Assembly: GCA_964430735.1 (NCBI GenBank)
Contig: CAYSFB010000003.1
Location: 130,039-194,038 of the forward strand
DNA: 64,000 nucleotides
Origin: an uncultured Planctomycetia bacterium
GTDB taxonomy: Bacteria > Omnitrophota > Gorgyraeia > 2-02-FULL-51-18 > JAGOUK01
Direction of reading: 5' to 3'
Positions within the stretch are counted from its first letter, which is position 1. Each line of letters starts with the position of its first letter. Under the pieces are notes generated by a model. It saw nothing but the letters and a program-made list of their open reading frames with translations. It was not told the DNA's origin and did no database searches. Shown one piece after another: positions 1 through 8,552 of the stretch. The position numbers and the translations under genes were made by a program.

Positions 1-231
1 CAAAAGGAAGTGGATTACTACTGGAACAGGCTTTCGCGCGGGGGTGACAAAAAGGCCCAGCAGTGCGGATGGCTCAAGGACAAATACGGTGTTTCGTGGC
101 AGATTTTTCCAACGATCCTGCCCAAGCTCCTCGCTCACAAGAATCCCCGCATCGCCGACGCCGTCATGAAGGCGATGATGGGGATGGGGAAGATCGACGT
201 CAAAAAAATACGCCAAGCAAGCCGCCTCTAG
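1..231 (+). CDS. VOC/glyoxalase-superfamily protein (PhnB/3-demethylubiquinone-9 3-methyltransferase-like domain), 5'-truncated by window edge
   Basis: C-terminal motif GDKKAQQCGWLKDKYGVSWQI typical of PF06983-type VOC proteins; frame is open from position 1. Confidence 0.55.
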   Translation, partial: QKEVDYYWNRLSRGGDKKAQQCGWLKDKYGVSWQIFPTILPKLLAHKNPRIADAVMKAMMGMGKIDVKKIRQASRL

Positions 232-259
232 TCAGCCCTCCGTCCAAACACCTCCGTCC

Positions 260-288
260 TTGACATTAGAACGAACGTTCTATATATT
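260..288 (+). promoter_or_regulatory. lexA promoter with SOS (Cheo-type) operator: TTGACA(260-265)-17 nt-TATATT(283-288); GAACgaacGTTC at 269-280 in the spacer
   Basis: Sequence read directly; GAAC-N4-GTTC matches the Gram-positive/Cheo LexA box consensus; lies immediately 5' of lexA ATG at 295. Confidence 0.6.
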
Positions 289-294
289 CCGATC

Positions 295-876
295 ATGCCT
301 CAACGCGTGGATTGGAACGAAGCGGTTCTCAAGATCCGCGGCTTTTGCCGCGATCGGCGGCGCGCGCCCAGCTTCGACGAGGTGCGCAAACTTTTTGGCT
401 ACAAATCCAAGAACACCGCTCATTGGCTCGTCGAACGGCTCGTTGAGAAGGGGCTCGTGCGCAAGGATCGCGGCGGGCGGCTTCTGTTCGAGGACGCGGG
501 CGGGATCCGTCATCTGGGTTCCGTTCAAGCCGGGTGGCCCAGTCCGGCCGAAGAAGAGCTCGTCGACACGCTCAGTCTGGACGATTACCTGGTCCGCAAC
601 CGCGCCCAGAGCTTTCTCATCAAAGTAACAGGGGATTCGATGATCGACGCCGGTATTCGGCCCGACGATCTGGTCATCGTCGAACGCGGACGCTCGCCTC
701 AGGATGGCGACATCGTGATCGCGCAAGTCGACGGCGAATGGACGCTCAAGTATTACCAGAAGCGCGGCTCCGGCGTGCGGCTGGTGCCGGCGAACCCGAA
801 GTACCCGGTCATCACGCCCAAACAGGAGCTTAAGATCGGCGGCGTGGTGGTCTCGTGCATACGCCGTTACAAGTAG
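295..876 (+). CDS. lexA: LexA repressor (S24 peptidase, autocleaving SOS regulator)
   Basis: N-terminal wHTH, hinge AG-like region, C-terminal GDSM (Ser nucleophile) and downstream Lys; 193 aa. Confidence 0.9.
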   Translation: MPQRVDWNEAVLKIRGFCRDRRRAPSFDEVRKLFGYKSKNTAHWLVERLVEKGLVRKDRGGRLLFEDAGGIRHLGSVQAGWPSPAEEELVDTLSLDDYLVRNRAQSFLIKVTGDSMIDAGIRPDDLVIVERGRSPQDGDIVIAQVDGEWTLKYYQKRGSGVRLVPANPKYPVITPKQELKIGGVVVSCIRRYK

Positions 877-2162
877 GCCGCCGCGCGGTCCTTCACATCG
901 ACTGCGACGCTTTTTTTACCAGCGTCGAGCAGTCGCTGAACCCGCACCTCAGGGGCAAGCCCCTCATCACCGGCAAGGAACGCGGCATCGTCGCGTGCGC
1001 CAGCTACGAGGCCAAGGCGCTGGGCGTGAAGCGCCCGATGCGGCTTTTTGAAGCGCGCCGGATCTGCCCCCAGCTCATCTGCCTGCCCAGCGATTACGAA
1101 TCCTACAGCATCTACTCCCGGCGCCTTTACGACATCCTGCGGCGATTCACACCCGAGGTGGAGGAGTATTCGATCGACGAGGCCTTTGCCGATATCACGG
1201 GCATGCGGCGCGTGCACCACACCTCCTACGAAGACATCGCGCTTCAGATGAAGGCCGCCGTCGAAGGGGAGCTCGGCCTTACCGTTTCCGTCGGCCTGGC
1301 GCCGTCGAAGTCGCTCGCCAAAATCTGTTCCAAAGAAAAAAAGCCCGCCGGCTTCACCATCGTTCGGGGCGAGAGCGACCTCGTCGAATATCTCGGACGA
1401 ATCCCGACGGAGCGTGTCTGCGGCTTCGGGCCGAATTCCGTCGCGCTGTTGGCCAAACGCGGCGTGCGGACCGTGCTCGACTACATCAGCCGACCGAGGG
1501 AGTTTGCCGCGAAGCTTCTTGGAAAGATCGGGATGGAGCTCTGGCACGAACTGCGCGGCGAGGCCGTTTATCCGATCGTGCTCGAACAGCGTCCCAACCG
1601 CTTCACGCTCGGCAAGACGAAGACGTTTACACCGCCCTCCGCCGACCGCGACTTCGTTCGGGCGCAGCTTCTGCGCAATACGGAGTCGGCCTTCATCCGG
1701 CTTCGGCGTCACAAGCTCAAGGCCGGGTGGGTGAGCATCTACCTGACGGACCGGGACTTTGAGGGGCGCGGGATCGAGACGCGCCTGCCGCGCCCGACCT
1801 CTTCGACGCTCGAGATCGCGCCGGTCGTCTCGCGGCTTTTTGACCGTCTCTTTGCCGCGGGCGTCGAATACCGGCAGACGGGGCTCGTGCTCGGGGAGCT
1901 CGCCCCCGACCGTGAGATGCAGCTCGACCTCTTTGAGGACGCCGACCGCGCCCGCGGGAGCAGGGAGCTGGCCCGGGTGATCGACCAGGCCAACGCAACC
2001 TACGGCAAGCACACCCTGCATCTGGGCGCCACCGACTGCCTGCGCAGCTTCGGTCAGCACCTCGGCGAACGCGGCGATATCGCCGAGCGCAAACTGCGCC
2101 TCCTGCCCGGCGAAACATTCCGCCGGCGCCTGGGCGTGCCGATGTGGAACATCAAAGTGTAG
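855..2162 (+). CDS. dinB: Y-family DNA polymerase (DinB/UmuC-like), GTG start overlapping lexA 3' end
   Basis: LHIDCDAFFTSVE and SIDEAFADITG catalytic motifs of Y-family polymerases; 22-nt overlap with lexA implies co-transcription. Confidence 0.85.
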   Translation: MHTPLQVGRRAVLHIDCDAFFTSVEQSLNPHLRGKPLITGKERGIVACASYEAKALGVKRPMRLFEARRICPQLICLPSDYESYSIYSRRLYDILRRFTPEVEEYSIDEAFADITGMRRVHHTSYEDIALQMKAAVEGELGLTVSVGLAPSKSLAKICSKEKKPAGFTIVRGESDLVEYLGRIPTERVCGFGPNSVALLAKRGVRTVLDYISRPREFAAKLLGKIGMELWHELRGEAVYPIVLEQRPNRFTLGKTKTFTPPSADRDFVRAQLLRNTESAFIRLRRHKLKAGWVSIYLTDRDFEGRGIETRLPRPTSSTLEIAPVVSRLFDRLFAAGVEYRQTGLVLGELAPDREMQLDLFEDADRARGSRELARVIDQANATYGKHTLHLGATDCLRSFGQHLGERGDIAERKLRLLPGETFRRRLGVPMWNIKV

Positions 2163-2209
2163 GTGCGTCGCGGCGCAACCGAACCGCGGGCATATAGTAG
2201 AATACCGTC

Positions 2210-2818
2210 ATGGCAATGATCCAAATTTACTACGCTCCGCCGTCTATTTACGGCCGCAAAGTCCTCACCGTCCTCGAAGAAAAAGGGCTTCCCTACACGA
2301 TCGTGCCGCTGAGTATCCGGGCGGGGGAACACCTAAAGGACGAGTACCTGCGGATCAATCCCAACGGTGAGATCCCTTCGCTCATCGACGACGGCGCGGT
2401 TATCTACGAATCCACCGCGATCATCGAGTATCTGGACGAAAAATATCCCGATCCGCCGCTCATGCCGCGCGACCCGGCCTCGCGCGCCCGGGTCCGGATG
2501 ATCGACGACTTTTGCGACCTCCATCTCTTTCCGCCGATCCGGCGATCAGCGCGTCGTCGCATCCTCGAGAACCTTCCGCCCGCCGAAGACGACGTCAAAC
2601 TCGCCGCCGAAAAGCTCGCGCGCATCGCCGTCTATCTCGGCAAGCAGGATTATCTCGTCGGAAGCTTTTCGCTCGCGGACTGCGCCTTCATGCCGGCCAT
2701 CCCGTCACTCGTCGCCCTCGGAATGGGTGAGCTCATCAGCCAAGCGGGCTTGAGCGACTACGCCCAACGCCTCATGGCCCGCAAAGGCTACGCCGGGGCG
2801 AAGAAGATCACCCTATGA
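2210..2818 (+). CDS. glutathione S-transferase
   Basis: N-terminal thioredoxin-like GST fold (IYESTAIIEYLDEKYP), C-terminal GST helical domain. Confidence 0.8.
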   Translation: MAMIQIYYAPPSIYGRKVLTVLEEKGLPYTIVPLSIRAGEHLKDEYLRINPNGEIPSLIDDGAVIYESTAIIEYLDEKYPDPPLMPRDPASRARVRMIDDFCDLHLFPPIRRSARRRILENLPPAEDDVKLAAEKLARIAVYLGKQDYLVGSFSLADCAFMPAIPSLVALGMGELISQAGLSDYAQRLMARKGYAGAKKITL

Positions 2819-3240
2819 CGGAATCGGGAGGCTCTGCCGCGTTCGGCCAAGGCGATGCGTCATACCGCGCGGCAGGTGAGGAGACGGGGATCCGCAAGCT
2901 CTGCGAGGACTTCTATCACTTCATGAACACGCTGCCCGAGGCGCAGCACATCCGCTCGATGCACAAGGACGATCTGGAGACGATGACCGACAAGTTGACG
3001 CTTTTTCTATGCGGATGGCTCGGCGGCCCGCGCAAATACGGCGAAAAGTACGGCCCCATCCACATCCCGATGGCGCATCGCCACCTCGTCATCAACGAGC
3101 CCGAACGCGACGCGTGGCTGCTCTGCATGCAAAAGGCCGTCGACCGCCAGCCCTACTCTGAAGCCTTCAAGCAATACTTCATGCGGGCGATCGCCATGCC
3201 CGCCGAAAAGGTCCGCCAAACCGCCAAGCATCAGAGCTGA
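2815..3240 (+). CDS. glbO: group II truncated hemoglobin (2/2 Hb)
   Basis: FYHFM...LFLCGWLGGPRKY...HIPMAHRHLVINEPERDAWLLCM pattern of trHb group II; ATGA overlap with GST. Confidence 0.7.
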   Translation: MTESGGSAAFGQGDASYRAAGEETGIRKLCEDFYHFMNTLPEAQHIRSMHKDDLETMTDKLTLFLCGWLGGPRKYGEKYGPIHIPMAHRHLVINEPERDAWLLCMQKAVDRQPYSEAFKQYFMRAIAMPAEKVRQTAKHQS

Positions 3241-3258
3241 CCCTCTTGGAACTTTTCC

Positions 3259-3300
3259 TTAATATGGTATAATCTCATTTAGTGATGTATACCATATTAA
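3259..3300. promoter_or_regulatory. perfect 13-bp inverted repeat TTAATATGGTATA-N16-TATACCATATTAA overlapping an extended -10 (TGgTATAAT, 3266-3273) upstream of fic
   Basis: Read directly from sequence; AT-rich, sits 10 nt upstream of fic RBS AAGGA. Confidence 0.45.
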
Positions 3301-3310
3301 GGATATTTTG

Positions 3311-4255
3311 ATGAAACTCCTCAATTCCGACACAACCAAACGCATCGACGCAAAGCTCACGGCCCTGAACCGGCTGAGGCCCCTGCCGGTTGCCGCCGTC
3401 AAAAAGCTGCGCGAACAGCTCGCCATCGAAATGGCCTACAACTCCAACGCCATCGAAGGCAATAGTCTGACGCTCAAAGAGACCTTTCTCGTGATCAATG
3501 AGGGGGTCACGATCAAAAACAAGCCCCTCAAGGATCATCTTGAAGCTAAAGACCATTTTGAAGCGCTGGAATTCCTCGCCGATCTCGTTGCGCACGGCAA
3601 CCGTCCGACAATGTCGGAACATCTCATTCGGACCATCCACCAGCTGGTCGTAAAAGGCACGGAGCGGGAGTGGGCGGGGCGGTACCGGAATAGCGCAGTC
3701 ATCATCGCTGGAGCCAAACACCGGCCGCCGGACGCTCTGGCGGTCCCGGAAAAAATGGCGGAGCTCATCCGCTGGTACCGGCAGGCGGAAGACCGGCTGC
3801 ATCCGGTCGAAGCAGCGGCGCTTCTGCACCACAAATTCGTTCATATCCACCCCTTCTTTGACGGCAACGGCCGCACCTCGCGCCTTTTGATGAATGTCGT
3901 GCTCATGAGGCGCGGCTACCCGCTGGCCGTCGTGCTTAAGAACGACCGCAAAAAATACTACACTGCTCTCGACAAAGCGGATGCGGGGGATGCTGGGCCG
4001 TTTGTCCGGCTCATGGCGCAGAGCGCGGAGCGTTCTCTCGACATCTTTCTCAAGACGCTGACTCCTGCGGCGAAACAGGGGGAGCATTTTATGTCTCTAT
4101 CCAAGTTGAGCCGCGCATCGAAGTTTTCTGCCAAATATCTGAACTTGCTGGTCCGCCAAAGCAAGCTCGAGGCGCACAAGGAAGGGCGCAACTGGCTCTC
4201 TAGTCCCGAAGCGCTCAAGCGCTATCTGGATGGCCGTAAGCGTAAGCGGCTTTAA
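3311..4255 (+). CDS. fic: Fic family protein (class II, N-terminal inhibitory helix) with K/R-rich C-terminal extension
   Basis: Canonical HPFFDGNGRTSR Fic motif; N-terminal SNAIEG (SxxxEG) inhibitory motif; ATG 3311 preferred over the TTG at 3308 used by the ORF track. Confidence 0.85.
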   Translation: MKLLNSDTTKRIDAKLTALNRLRPLPVAAVKKLREQLAIEMAYNSNAIEGNSLTLKETFLVINEGVTIKNKPLKDHLEAKDHFEALEFLADLVAHGNRPTMSEHLIRTIHQLVVKGTEREWAGRYRNSAVIIAGAKHRPPDALAVPEKMAELIRWYRQAEDRLHPVEAAALLHHKFVHIHPFFDGNGRTSRLLMNVVLMRRGYPLAVVLKNDRKKYYTALDKADAGDAGPFVRLMAQSAERSLDIFLKTLTPAAKQGEHFMSLSKLSRASKFSAKYLNLLVRQSKLEAHKEGRNWLSSPEALKRYLDGRKRKRL

Positions 4256-4281
4256 CCAACCAGGCCGGCTGAGGGTAATTT

Positions 4282-4932
4282 ATGGACGAACAATTCTGGA
4301 TCAAAGCGTGGAACGAGGGGCGGACGGCGTTTCATCAACCGCATTATCACGAGAAGCTCACGGAACACTTTCCGCAGCTGGGCCCGCAAGTCGGACAACA
4401 GGTGCTCGTGCCTCTGTGTGGCAAAACGAAGGACATGGTCTGGCTCCAGCAGCAGGGCCTGCAAGTCCATGGCGTCGAGCTGCACGAGCAGGCGGTTAAA
4501 GACTTTTTCTCAGAAAATGAGCTTTTTCCACCCAAAGTGACCCAGGATCAATTTTTTACTCATCACACCCATCGGGAAATCACGATCAGCTGCGGAGATT
4601 TTTTTAAGCTCGGTCAGAAGGACGCTTACGATTTTGTTTATGACCGAGGCGCTCTGGTGGCGCTGCCGGCCCAGATGAGGAAGAACTACGCTCAAGTGAT
4701 CCGCGAAGCCCTCAAGGTGGACGGCCGATACCTCCTCATCGCGTATGAATACGATCCGTCCAAGATGGAGGGCCCGCCTTTTAGCGTCGCCGAGGACGAG
4801 ATCCGCGGCTTGTATCAGGATCGCTTCACCATCCAGCTGATAGAAAGCCGGAGGCCCGCCGGCGAAGGCCCCCGCCTTTCCGCCGTCGAGAGTCTCCGGC
4901 AAAACGTCTACATCCTTCAAAAAATCAAATGA
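4282..4932 (+). CDS. tpm: thiopurine S-methyltransferase family (SAM-dependent)
   Basis: WxxxWxxGRTAFH...VLVPLCGKTKDMVWLQQQGLQVHGVELHEQAV matches TPMT family N-terminus. Confidence 0.75.
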   Translation: MDEQFWIKAWNEGRTAFHQPHYHEKLTEHFPQLGPQVGQQVLVPLCGKTKDMVWLQQQGLQVHGVELHEQAVKDFFSENELFPPKVTQDQFFTHHTHREITISCGDFFKLGQKDAYDFVYDRGALVALPAQMRKNYAQVIREALKVDGRYLLIAYEYDPSKMEGPPFSVAEDEIRGLYQDRFTIQLIESRRPAGEGPRLSAVESLRQNVYILQKIK

Positions 4933-5273
4933 ACAACCGGCTCAAGGTCAGCTACCGTTCGGACCCCGAGAACCGACCCAAGCGCGTCTATCGCGTCCGG
5001 GCCAAGGCGTGGATTTGGAAGGGCGGGGAGGGGGCGTGGCACTTTGCGACGATCCCGGCCGCGCAATCGCGGGAGATCCGGCATCGGCACGGCGGGACGA
5101 GCCGCGGATGGGGCTCGATCCCGGTTGTGGTGAAGCTCGGCAAATCCTCGTGGAAGACGTCACTTTTTCCTTACAGCAAGGTCAAGGCCTACATCCTGCC
5201 GCTCAAGGCCGAGATCCGAAAAAAAGAAAAAATCGCCGCCAAAGACACGCTCGCGTTCACGCTGAGCATCTAG
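4929..5273 (+). CDS. DUF1905 domain protein
   Basis: AWHFATIPAA...GWGSIPVVVKLGKSSWKTSLFP..KAYILPLKA matches DUF1905; ATGA overlap with tpm. Confidence 0.6.
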   Translation: MNNRLKVSYRSDPENRPKRVYRVRAKAWIWKGGEGAWHFATIPAAQSREIRHRHGGTSRGWGSIPVVVKLGKSSWKTSLFPYSKVKAYILPLKAEIRKKEKIAAKDTLAFTLSI

Positions 5274-5295
5274 CGCAATAGAAGGAAGAACATCG

Positions 5296-5652
5296 ATGCA
5301 GATCACCCGCGACGACATCAAGCACAAACTCCTCGATTGGCAGAAGGGCGTGCTCACCGCGCGTGAGATCTACGATTGGGCGAATCAGCTTTGCGCAGAC
5401 GATGCCAATACATTCGACGATCAGGAAGGTGATGAATCCGCCGCCGAAGAGGTGTTGTTTCTGCTGGAGGTGCTCGACATGAACTTGTCGACCGCCGAAG
5501 ACGTGCCTTTGTACCTGCAGCTGTTGACCACTCCCCAAAGTTCGCTCAGCGCGGGCTTGAAGGACTTTGAGAAAAAGTTCAAAGCCCGCGATCTGGCCCG
5601 CCGCAAGCAAAAGCTCAAATCCGACCCCCTCTACTTTGCCTTCATCGATTAA
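5296..5652 (+). CDS. hypothetical acidic protein
   Basis: ORF with GAAGGAAG RBS 6 nt upstream; no recognisable motif. Confidence 0.4.
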   Translation: MQITRDDIKHKLLDWQKGVLTAREIYDWANQLCADDANTFDDQEGDESAAEEVLFLLEVLDMNLSTAEDVPLYLQLLTTPQSSLSAGLKDFEKKFKARDLARRKQKLKSDPLYFAFID

Positions 5653-5657
5653 CTACC

Positions 5658-6338
5658 ATGAAAAAACTCATCCCATTCGGACGGACGTTCTTCCTCGGCC
5701 TGCTTCTGGCGTCGGTTGCGTTCGCATCATCAGGCTGCGGACAGCGGTCTTCCGTCTCCGACGGCAAAACGCCTCTTTTTGAAGCGCCCAAAGAAGCGGG
5801 GCCGATCCGGCTGGCCATGTCGCAGGCTTTTTTGAGCAAGGGGAGCCAGCTTTTTCAAGAAGGCAATTACGACGCGGCCGTTCAGGTCCTCGGGGACGCC
5901 CTGGCCGCGGATCCGTACAACGCGGCGATCTACTACCTTCGGGCGGGCGCGTACCTGCGCCTGCAGCAGCTCAACGAGGCGATTGCGGATCTGTCTCAGG
6001 CGATCAAATCGAACGGACGGCCCGAGTATTTTTTAAGCCGGTGCGGAGCGTACTTCTCGATGGGTAATCTGGACGCGGCGATTTCGGATTGTACCGAGAC
6101 AATCCGCCGGGTGCCGATGGAAGGCGACGCTTACTTCCTGCGCGCTATCACGTATTTGTCCAAGGGGGATCTGGACCGGGCGCTGGCGGATGCGCTGACT
6201 CTTATGATGGTCCGCCGGACCGATCCGAGCGTCCGCCAGCTCTTGGACGAAGTCCTCGCGGCCCGGGAAGCCCGCGACCGCGGCCAGGGCCAACCGACCC
6301 CTCCCGCGATCAAAACCGACCTCGGCGAGGGCGCGTGA
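5658..6338 (+). CDS. TPR-repeat lipoprotein
   Basis: Signal peptide ending LASVAFASSGC (lipobox-like), followed by 4-5 TPR-like repeats. Confidence 0.7.
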   Translation: MKKLIPFGRTFFLGLLLASVAFASSGCGQRSSVSDGKTPLFEAPKEAGPIRLAMSQAFLSKGSQLFQEGNYDAAVQVLGDALAADPYNAAIYYLRAGAYLRLQQLNEAIADLSQAIKSNGRPEYFLSRCGAYFSMGNLDAAISDCTETIRRVPMEGDAYFLRAITYLSKGDLDRALADALTLMMVRRTDPSVRQLLDEVLAAREARDRGQGQPTPPAIKTDLGEGA

Positions 6339-7126
6339 TCCGCCTCTCGACATGTCTGCTGGCCGCGCTCACCATCTGTGCCAGCGTGCAGGCCGACGCG
6401 GAGACCGAACCCGCGCCGTGGCAAGTCGTCAAAGCCGACCACTTCATCGTTCATTACCGGGAAGACGCACCGTTCGCCCGGGAAGTCGCACGTAAGGCCG
6501 ACGCCGATTACACCCGTATCGCTTCCGACCTCGGATACCGCCGTCACGGGAATTTTTGGATGTGGGACAACCGGGTCAAGATCTTCATCTATCCGACCCG
6601 GGAGGAGTTCCTGGAGCTCCCCGGCGCCAAGGAATGGGCTCAGGCGATGAGTGTGTACGCCAAAAAAGAGATTCACTGCGTCCGCACGCAGGACGACCTG
6701 ATCGACGGCGTCCTGCCGCACGAAATCACGCACCTCATTTTCCGGGACTTCGTCGGAACCTCAGCCGAGATTCCGCTGTGGATGGACGAGGGCGTCGCCC
6801 AATGGGAGCAGCCGTCGCGGCGTGCGATGGCCGTTCCGTATGTCCGCGACCTGCTCGCCGCCGGCAACGAACTTCCGCTCGAAGAGATCTTCGCCGCCCG
6901 CCGTGGAACCCTCGGCTCCGGCAAGCGCGTCGAAAAGTTCTATATTCAATCCGTGTCGCTGGTGGATTTTTTGATTACGCGCCACGGGGGAGGCAAATTC
7001 ACCGATCTTTGCCGGCTGCTGCGCGACGGGAAGACCGTCGAAGAGGCCCTGCGCAAAACTTATCCCTCCATCGGAACCGCCGCGCAGCTCGAATCGGAGT
7101 GGCGGACGCATGCCCGGCGGGTTTAG
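6335..7126 (+). CDS. secreted zinc metallopeptidase-like protein (HExxH)
   Basis: GTG start overlapping upstream stop (GTGA); signal peptide LLAALTICASVQA; LPHEITHLIF HExxH motif. Confidence 0.55.
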   Translation: MIRLSTCLLAALTICASVQADAETEPAPWQVVKADHFIVHYREDAPFAREVARKADADYTRIASDLGYRRHGNFWMWDNRVKIFIYPTREEFLELPGAKEWAQAMSVYAKKEIHCVRTQDDLIDGVLPHEITHLIFRDFVGTSAEIPLWMDEGVAQWEQPSRRAMAVPYVRDLLAAGNELPLEEIFAARRGTLGSGKRVEKFYIQSVSLVDFLITRHGGGKFTDLCRLLRDGKTVEEALRKTYPSIGTAAQLESEWRTHARRV

Positions 7127-7168
7127 AATGATGCCTTCGGGACCCGCAATCATACATAAGGAGAATGC

Positions 7169-7525
7169 ATGAGCTACGTCGACGGATTCGTGCTGACCGT
7201 TCCCAGAAAGAAGGTGGGCGCGTACAAAAAAATCGCCTCCAAGGCCTGCAAGATCTGGCTCGAATACGGCGCGCTGGATTACCGCGAATGCGTCGGCGAC
7301 GACCTGAATGTCCAGTGGGGCATTCCGTTCACAAAGATCGCCAAGCCCAAAGCCGGCGAGACGGTCGTGTTCGCCTGGATCGTCTACAAGAACAAGGCCG
7401 ACCGCAACCGCATCAACAAGCTCGTGATGAAGGACAAGCGTCTTTCGTGCGATCCCGCGAACCTTCCGTTTGACTGCAAACGCATGACGTACGGCGGATT
7501 CAAAACACTGGTGGCTTCCAAATGA
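7169..7525 (+). CDS. DUF1428 family protein
   Basis: MSYVDGFVLTVP...VVFAWIVYKNKADRNRINKLVMKD...YGGF consensus of DUF1428; AAGGAGA RBS 8 nt upstream. Confidence 0.65.
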   Translation: MSYVDGFVLTVPRKKVGAYKKIASKACKIWLEYGALDYRECVGDDLNVQWGIPFTKIAKPKAGETVVFAWIVYKNKADRNRINKLVMKDKRLSCDPANLPFDCKRMTYGGFKTLVASK

Positions 7526-8049
7526 AAAAACTCCTCATCGTTTTGGCTTTAATCGCCGCCGCCATCGCCGCGGCGGGAATCCTGCTCCCCAAAGAAATGC
7601 GTATCGAACGCGAGGTCGTGATCGATCGCCCGGCCGCGGACGTATTCGGCCGAATCAAATCCATCCGCTACAACCAGAGCTGGAATCCCTGGCTCAAGCT
7701 CGACCCCAACACCGTGACGACGTACAAAGGCGCGGATGGAACCGTCGGCTCGAGCGCGGCATGGGCCGGCAATGACAAGGTGGGAGAGGGCGAGCAGGAG
7801 ATCACCGAGATCGTTCCGGGCCAAAAAATCGTTTCTGAGCTGAGGTTCAAGAAGCCGATGACGGGAACGGCCGTCACCTGGCTCGCGACCGAGTCCGTCG
7901 GGCCGTCTCAGACAAAAGTCAAATGGGGCTTTGTGAGCGAATCGAAGTTCCCGCAGAACATCTTCTGCGCGTTGATGGGAAAAGCTTATATGACCAAGAC
8001 CTTTGATTCCGGTCTGGCGGATCTGAAGGCGCTTCTAGAGAAGAAATAA
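7522..8049 (+). CDS. SRPBCC (START/polyketide-cyclase-like) family protein with N-terminal signal/anchor
   Basis: Size and hydrophobic N-terminus; pattern matches Polyketide_cyc2-like proteins; ATGA overlap with upstream gene. Confidence 0.6.
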   Translation: MKKLLIVLALIAAAIAAAGILLPKEMRIEREVVIDRPAADVFGRIKSIRYNQSWNPWLKLDPNTVTTYKGADGTVGSSAAWAGNDKVGEGEQEITEIVPGQKIVSELRFKKPMTGTAVTWLATESVGPSQTKVKWGFVSESKFPQNIFCALMGKAYMTKTFDSGLADLKALLEKK

Positions 8050-8051
8050 GA

Positions 8052-8552
8052 TCAGGCGAGGAAGTTCGACAAGCTCCCGCTGAGAGCGCGAAGCTCCGGC
8101 GGGAGTTTTTTATTGTCCGCGAGCTCGAAGTCGGCGAAGTCGAAGCCCGGAGCGACGGTGCAGCCGACCAGCGTCCACCCGCCCGGCTCTGCCACTTCCG
8201 CGCCGAACCAATGCCCGGCCGGCACGACGCGCTGAGGCAATTCGCTTTTTTCCAAACTTTTTCCCAAAAGAACGCTGTTGAGGGCGCCGTCCGGACCGAC
8301 CGAGACGATGCGCAGCGGATTGCCCGCATAATGATGCCAGATCTCATCGGATTGGATCCGGTGCAGGCGCGACACGTCCGGATGCTCCAACAAAAAATAA
8401 ATCGAGGTCGAAAAAGCCCGGTCGCCGCCAAAACCGTCCGGCAGCGCCGCGCGCGGAATCAGGCCTTCGGAGCGGTAGATCTCGCGGAAATATCCGCCTT
8501 CAGGATGGGGGATGAGCTCGAGCTTGCGGACCCAATCGCGGGCTGCGGTCAT
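8052..8552 (-). CDS. cupin domain protein (DUF985)
   Basis: Start trimmed to MTAARDW (codon overlapping upstream stop); conserved cupin core HPEGGYFREIY...TSIYFLL. Confidence 0.6.
   Translation of the reverse strand: MTAARDWVRKLELIPHPEGGYFREIYRSEGLIPRAALPDGFGGDRAFSTSIYFLLEHPDVSRLHRIQSDEIWHHYAGNPLRIVSVGPDGALNSVLLGKSLEKSELPQRVVPAGHWFGAEVAEPGGWTLVGCTVAPGFDFADFELADNKKLPPELRALSGSLSNFLA

Noticed and set aside
867-2060. 397-aa minus-strand ORF antisense to the Y-family polymerase gene
   Set aside because: Typical high-GC antisense artefact: Ala/Arg/Gly-rich with no motif, and it fully overlaps a confidently identified CDS.
6089-6334. N-terminal 82-codon extension of the metallopeptidase ORF
   Set aside because: Overlaps the TPR lipoprotein gene in another frame. 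GTG 6335 gives a clean signal peptide and GTGA coupling.
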